From the NCBI RefSeq assembly GCF_009914755.1, contig NC_060925.1: a stretch of 64,000 nucleotides of DNA; one strand, given 5' to 3'. The stretch is from the human T2T-CHM13v2.0 reference genome, Homo sapiens. The translations under genes and the position numbers were made by a program. Below are positions 57,396 to 64,000 of this stretch, piece by piece; positions within the stretch are counted from its first letter, which is position 1; each line of letters opens with the position of its first letter. The notes under the pieces were generated by a model. It had not been told where the DNA came from, ran no database searches, and saw nothing but the letters and a program-made list of their open reading frames with translations.

Positions 57396-58279
57396 GGCTT
57401 TTATTTATTAATGAGGCTAATACTGGCTTGGCGTATGGGAAGAATGTGAGAAGCTCAACTGCAATGTGTGTGTATATGGGACAGATTTTGACAAACAAAC
57501 TGAATTGGATGCCCGGGTAATTTTTTCTGCTCCCTCTGCAATTGAACTTGGCTGATGGAGGTGCACACTCTAGCTTACTCTATTTAGGATTTCAGAAAAC
57601 AAATGTACCTAGTGAGAATTGCCTACCATTCTGAGGAAATTACACAGGAAATAATTGAAAATAAAATACTGTATTTAAACAGCTGTCAGCCCTTCAAAGG
57701 GTGTTTTGTATACTAACAATGTATATTGGTAAGAATAATCCTTTATGCATTTTCCATGAAATACTCTAAAGGAAAATATTTTGCACATCAGTCCAGCTTC
57801 CAGGAATCAGCATTTCCAAACTGGTAGCATTTTTAGAATCTAGTGCCAGTGACACATCAGACACCATGAACCAAAAAAGTAATAGCAGGATCATGCTTTG
57901 TTTCTTTTCCCCTCTGGAATCTCAGTGGATATCGTAGTGACTTACTCTATGTCAAATAGTAATTTTTTTTTTTAGTCTCAGACCTAAATTTTTTTGAGTC
58001 TCAGTTAGACTTGAGCTTTGAGGGATTTTTTTTTTCCAATTGGAAAACAGTTAAATATGCACCTACCAAATGCCAGGGAAAGCATCAGTATCTGGGGATT
58101 GAAAAATGAATTAGACTCACTCTGTGTTGTTGAAGAGCTTATAGTTTAGAAGAAAGACTATTGCATAACCGAATGGTTTCAGTATAAATGACAAGTATGA
58201 TGTTTTATGCTGGATACCATGGGAACACAGAAGAAGGGGTTCACAGACAAACCTAGGGATTCAGAGAAGACTTCCTGAT

Positions 58280-58440
58280 AGTAATAATAACTAAAACCAA
58301 CAAAGTTTATTGGGCACTTACTATGTGCCAAGCATTTAATATGCACTGTACAAATATGAAATTATTTAATTCTTAAAAAACTCTATGAGGTAATTATTAT
58401 TACCCCCATTTTCTAAAAGAAGAAACTGAGGTTTAGAGAC
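58280..58440 (-). mobile_element. MIR in AK5 intron 1
   Basis: gcacttactatgtgccaagc...cccattttctaaaagaagaaactgagg. Confidence 0.75.
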
Positions 58441-58737
58441 ATAAAGGGTGGGTAGGAGTGAGATAAATAATGACCAGGGGCATTTTCACATGCTGCATTT
58501 TATCTCACTGTGATGAAGTGAATGGCTCTTCCATTTTAAACTATCTAGTTGCCTGAATTGCTTAAGAGGCAGAGAATGCTGAACTGAAAACTAATTAGGC
58601 AAGAATTTAAGGGATTATCTTAATGACTCCATCAGATCGTAATTTCAACTCTAATTGTTTATTAAAAGACAAATGCAAAGGACAAAAACAATCAGAATTC
58701 AAAGATGAGCCATAATACTATTTTAACAAAGGTGGGT

Positions 58738-59061
<324 letters not shown>

Positions 59062-59115
59062 AACAAAGGTGGGTTTAAAAGATATTTTATTTGTACATAT
59101 TTTGTTATATTTCAG

Positions 59116-59302
59116 AGCCTTTTGAATGGACTGATGTGTTCTAAGCCCGAAGATCCAGTAGAATACTTGGAAAGTTGTTTACAAAAAGTAAAGGAACTGG
59201 GTGGCTGTGACAAGGTGAAATGGGATACATTTGTAAGCCAGGAAAAGAAGACCTTACCTCCACTAAATGGAGGACAGTCACGGAGATCCTTTCTAAGAAA
59301 TG
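59116..59302 (+). CDS. AK5: Adenylate kinase 5, exon 2 (SLLNGLMCSKPEDPVEYLESCLQKVKELGGCDKVKWDTFVSQEKKTLPPLNGGQSRRSFLRN)
   Basis: Acceptor ttatatttcAG|AGC at 59115/59116; 187 nt open and in frame with exon 1; phase-1 donor ATG|GTAATG at 59303; peptide matches AK5. Confidence 0.96.
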
Positions 59303-59767
59303 GTAATGTATATGGAGAATAATAGACAGTTTTATAGTTATAGCAATTCTCTTTAAAACATGCCATATAGACTATACACAGTGATTTCATTTTTTGAGTT
59401 TATAAATGCCTGAAGTCATTGGATCACGATTAATTTTTCTCTGCTACTAATTCTAATCACTTCCATAAAAAGACAAACAAAATTACCTACCATTGTCCAA
59501 CAATTCACTAGAGGCTTAATGAAATTTTTTATTACTGACTTTATTATTTTGCAAAATAAATTACATTAGCAAGCCATACATACATTTTCCTTAAAATTGC
59601 AAACAAGATTTCTCCAAATAAATGAATAGAATACGGGTATAATTGATAGTTATTACATAGCAGTTCAGCATTTTTTATTAGCTAGAAAGAGATTTGGCTT
59701 ACTAATATTTCCAAGTTCAGAGTTCATATTAATGCATCTGCATAAATGCATGTAAAGTTTATACTAG

Positions 59768-60197
59768 TGATAAAAGAAAAACTTCAGCCAAGTTAAATCT
59801 AAAGGAGTTTAAGTGAGCAATGAACAATTCACGAATTGGGCAACCCCCAGAAACACAGCAGATTCACAGAGAAGCCAGCGCAGCCACGTGGTGGAAGAAG
59901 ATTTATAGACAAAAAAAGGGAAATGATGTATAGATATCGGAAGTGAGGTACAGAATGGCTGGATTGGTTACGGTTCAGCATTTGCCTTATTGAACACAGT
60001 TTGAACACTCAGCAGTGTATGAATGGTTGAAGTACAGCTGCTGGGATCAGCCAAGACTCAGCTATTGTTACAGGCGCATACTCCTAAGTTAGGTTTTCAA
60101 TCTTGTCTACCTATTAAGCTAGGTTGCAGTTTGTCCACAAGGACTCAAATATAGAGGTACAGAGTCCTTCTCAGGCCATATTTAGTTCACTTTAACA
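59768..60197 (-). mobile_element. ERV1 solo LTR, MER57-like, antisense in AK5 intron 2
   Basis: Minus strand starts TGTTAAAGTGAACTAAATATGGCCTGAGAAGGACTC and ends TTTTATCA; 4-bp TSD CTAG (59764-59767, 60198-60201). Confidence 0.88.
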
Positions 60198-61895
60198 CTA
60201 GTTAATTCAATAAAAGTGTATTAAGCATCTACTGAATGCAATGTATTAATCTAACACATTAATCTAATCTAGGCATTTGGGTGCTATAAAGGAAGTTGGA
60301 GAAGTAAACTTGTTTAAATTTTAGGAGTTGTTTAGAACTAAAAACCGCAGTTCATTAGAGAAGATTTGTGGTGTTTTGATCTCTTTCTGAAATATGTGCT
60401 TATCAGAATTAGGGGTTCAACATGAGCCAACCAGCCTTTCAGGCTCTAGATGAATTTGAGACGTATAATAGTATGTGCAAATTAGAATCAGTTCAAATCA
60501 GGGGGAACTAAATTCTGTTCTAGTGGCCAAAATCATTATATTTTCAAAACTGAAACCATTCTCAAAAATTGTACAACAAAAGGTTTATGCTATACAGACA
60601 GAACCTGAAATGGAGACAATTCTATCTGCAATGAATATCAGCAGGAAGCAATCTTAGTTGCTTAACCTTATTAGTCATGACCTACATAGATTTTATTTGA
60701 ATGCAGTGTGGGAAAAAGCCATAGTGTGCTAATTTTCAAGGAACACAAGCAAAAGAAGGCAAACAGAAATAGCTTTTCCTCAGAAACATCTCTAAAGAAA
60801 AGAGTCCTTCACCATTCATGCAGAAGTCAATGATATGACTCTGACCAAATTTCCCACTGCTGCTGAGAAGTAATGAGATGTCTGAAACTGCTATTTAAAA
60901 CTAATTTTAGAAACTTTCAAATGTTATAACGGACCAAAAAACAGAGAAATAGAAAATTTTTGATGTGACTATAAGGTAATAAGATTAGCATTCTGAGTCT
61001 TAGAGAGCAATTAATCCCATTAACCTACACGGTCTCTCACCACTGTCCATCTTACATAGGCAGGAGGTAAAATAACACTCAGCACAAAATAGCCATGTGG
61101 TTACATTCTATGGGAAGTCCTAAGGTAAGGTTGTGTCTTTATATACTTACTAAATCAAATTTGCAGCAAATATTTTTATTTGACCCTTAGAAACCTTACA
61201 ATACCAAAGAGATTTTTCTCTTACCATACAATCTATTCATAGACCCACTTTCTGGTTTGATAACCAAGATGAGTCCCAGGTATAAAGTTCACGCTTTGTA
61301 AATCAGCAGGATTTCTGGTTCACTGAGAACAGCCTGGTACACAAGTAGCAAATGAGCAGAATTGGAGTTTAGGACTCCAAACTGTGCAGACACAGCTTAG
61401 ATGTGCCCTCTTTGTGGGCAGCAGGTACTCATGGTTGTATCTTTAGCCAGTTGCTGCTGCAGCACACCACTTAATACATTACTGCTTTAGTGAATAAATG
61501 ATATTTTTGTGGGCTTGAACAGTTCATACACATCCCCAGCATACGGGAAGCTTACTTCCCAGGGTGTCGTCATACTTAATGTCTGGCTCCCTGTTAAATA
61601 CATACCCCATACTTTTGTTACATCAAGGGGGGTAAATATGGGGATCTACTTTCTAAACCTTAAAGTACTAATAAACCTCAGGTATACATTTTAAAAATTA
61701 AATCTAAGAAGTTATGACATCTACTTAGTCGGAAAGCTGCTCTGACTGGGTGTAAAAGTGACTGCAACAAAATGAAATCTTGATGCTTCTATTTGATACT
61801 ATGATTGTACACAGAAGATAGGCATGTGTCAATAGAGAATGGTAAGGACTGTGGTCAAACTAGAGAGAAGAACTAGAGAGAACAGTCATTGTTTA

Positions 61896-62067
<172 letters not shown>

Positions 62068-62789
62068 TTACAAATTTTGTAAAAATGTCCAGCTGAACAA
62101 AACACATCTGTGGGGCTATATTGGGTACACAAATTGTGAGTTTGGAATTCCTGATCTAGCAGGATAAGCTAAAACAAGAATGGAAAATGTAGGCTTAATT
62201 TTCATTAAAATAAGATTGCATGTTAATTTTAGGTTCTCCATACCTACTGATACTTTACCAAAATTCCCACACAGGGATCTTTTAGTTAATCATCAAATAC
62301 AAACTTTTCGTATACCTATGGTGGTAAGAATGTTGCATCACACGGTCTTGTATCTGAAAGGTATGCTAAAAAACGGAAAATGATTTCTAAACTGGTTGGT
62401 CCTGTAATAATACAATTCTGTTTCATGAAATGCTTTCTTCATTTGTGCTTTGAAGGTTTTAGCTATAATGTGTGGAATAGTTTATTACATTCAACAAAAT
62501 TGCTAACTGCCCAGTATCTTAAAGCATACTGATTATTTCTAGAAATGATTTTTGAAAAAATATTGCCATAGCTATGTTAATGTGTTATTACTATGAAAAA
62601 TTATTCTGTGAAATGAAACATTTTCATCATCTAATCAAGTTACTTTCCTAAGTTAAAATATGATAAAGCAAGGATTAAATTATTGGCTGACTGTCTTTAA
62701 AGCATTAAATATGAGATAAGCATCCCTTTCTTTCTGCCACATGCATACAATTGAATAATTATCTGTGAATAAGAGTTCTAATCCCATAA

Positions 62790-63990
62790 CCCCAAACATT
62801 CATAGAGCCCATCTTCCAGAATATCTCATTATCTTATATTCAACATGTCCAAAACCAAACACACTATATTTACTTCAAAACCAGCACTTACTTCTTTTCC
62901 TGTTTCCATGAAGTCAGCCAGTAAGTCAGTTGGGCAATAAATTAACCATTTATTGAGTACTACTATGTGTCAGACATTCTTTTAGGACTGAAAATACAAC
63001 CACCAGGAAAGAACAGACATTGCACCTTCCTTTGGGGACCTTACAGTCCAGCAGTGAAATCAAGCAGTAGAAATATAAGCAGGAGCACAATGGCACTATA
63101 GGAAAATCATAGGTTAAGGAATTAACCATGTTAACAAAGGGCTGAATCTAACCTAGCTTGGGGTTCAGGGTCGGCTTCCTGGAAGAGGTGATGTGCTTAT
63201 ACTTGGAGCAGAAAGCTAAGTGTGTGTTAGCTAGAGAAGGATGAAAGAGATTGTACCAGGGAACAGAGAAGAGAATTTCCTGAGGCAGACAAAGAGGCTG
63301 TAATTTGGTCAGGAATGAGAGAAGTCCAATATTGCTGGAGCAGAAAAGAGAGAGCAGAAAGATACTATATGAAATGCAGTATGGTCCTTATCCTTTTAGA
63401 CTTGAAACCTGGAAATTGTTTTTGAACTGTCACCTCCTTTCATTTCTCATATTCCAACCCTAATCATATCCTTCAGATCTGGCCATCCATTTCCATTTCC
63501 CCTGCTGCCACTCTAGCCTAAGCCTTCATTTCTCATCTGTTGATTACTTTAACAGCCTAGCTGCTACTTTTTCTGCTCTTAGTCTTTCCCTGCTCCAATT
63601 CATTCTAACTAGCAGATTAACCTTCCTAAAACCTATATTTCATTTCATTGTTTCCTTTCTCTTACCAACCCTCCCCTGCAAATCCTCCACTGGCTTTCTA
63701 CTAGATTAAAGCTAAACCCTTTACCATGGTAAAGGATTCAGGGACCTCCATATTGAACCACGCTCTACCCACCCATTTTATCTTCTGAGTTTTCTCTATG
63801 GGAAACTATTTCAGTAAGACGTTCTTTTTATTACTAATTCAACAAACATTTATTGGACACTGACCATCTGCCAAGCACAGTTCTAGATCCCAGGGATACA
63901 GAGCTCCAGACCGTAGGTAAGGCCCCTGCTCTCATGAAACTTATAATCCAATAGGAGAAGACAAACAATGAATGAATGGATAAATGAAAA
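62790..63990. mobile_element. Cluster of L2 fragments in both orientations
   Basis: caacatgtccaaaacc and ctgccactctagcctaagcc (sense); catttattgagtactactatgtgtcag and caacaaacatttattggacac (antisense). Confidence 0.65.
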
Positions 63991-64000
63991 AACTCTCAGA

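Overview
Primate (almost certainly human) genomic DNA. The only protein-coding gene I can support is the 5' end of AK5 (adenylate kinase 5) on the + strand. It has a CpG-island promoter (~53.8-55.35 kb), coding exon 1 (54489-54548) and exon 2 (59116-59302), which together encode the N-terminal dimerisation/docking-like (Dpy-30/RIIa type) segment. The gene continues past the window end. The ~54 kb upstream is intergenic and dominated by transposon relics: Alus, MIR/L2, MaLR and ERV1 LTRs, a truncated MER34-type provirus (~11.9-18.2 kb), an 11.5 kb nested L1 complex (19.4-30.8 kb), and MER30 and MADE1 DNA elements. Almost all ORFs in the supplied track are repeat-derived or GC-rich noise. I see no evidence of a new multi-gene system. 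The best leads are an L1 whose ORF2 is removed at a splice-like junction, a miR-548-like MADE1 hairpin, an antisense MER57 LTR with intact promoter motifs in AK5 intron 2, and isoform logic around the AK5 docking domain. Repeat subfamily names come from recalled consensus sequences and need RepeatMasker/Dfam confirmation.
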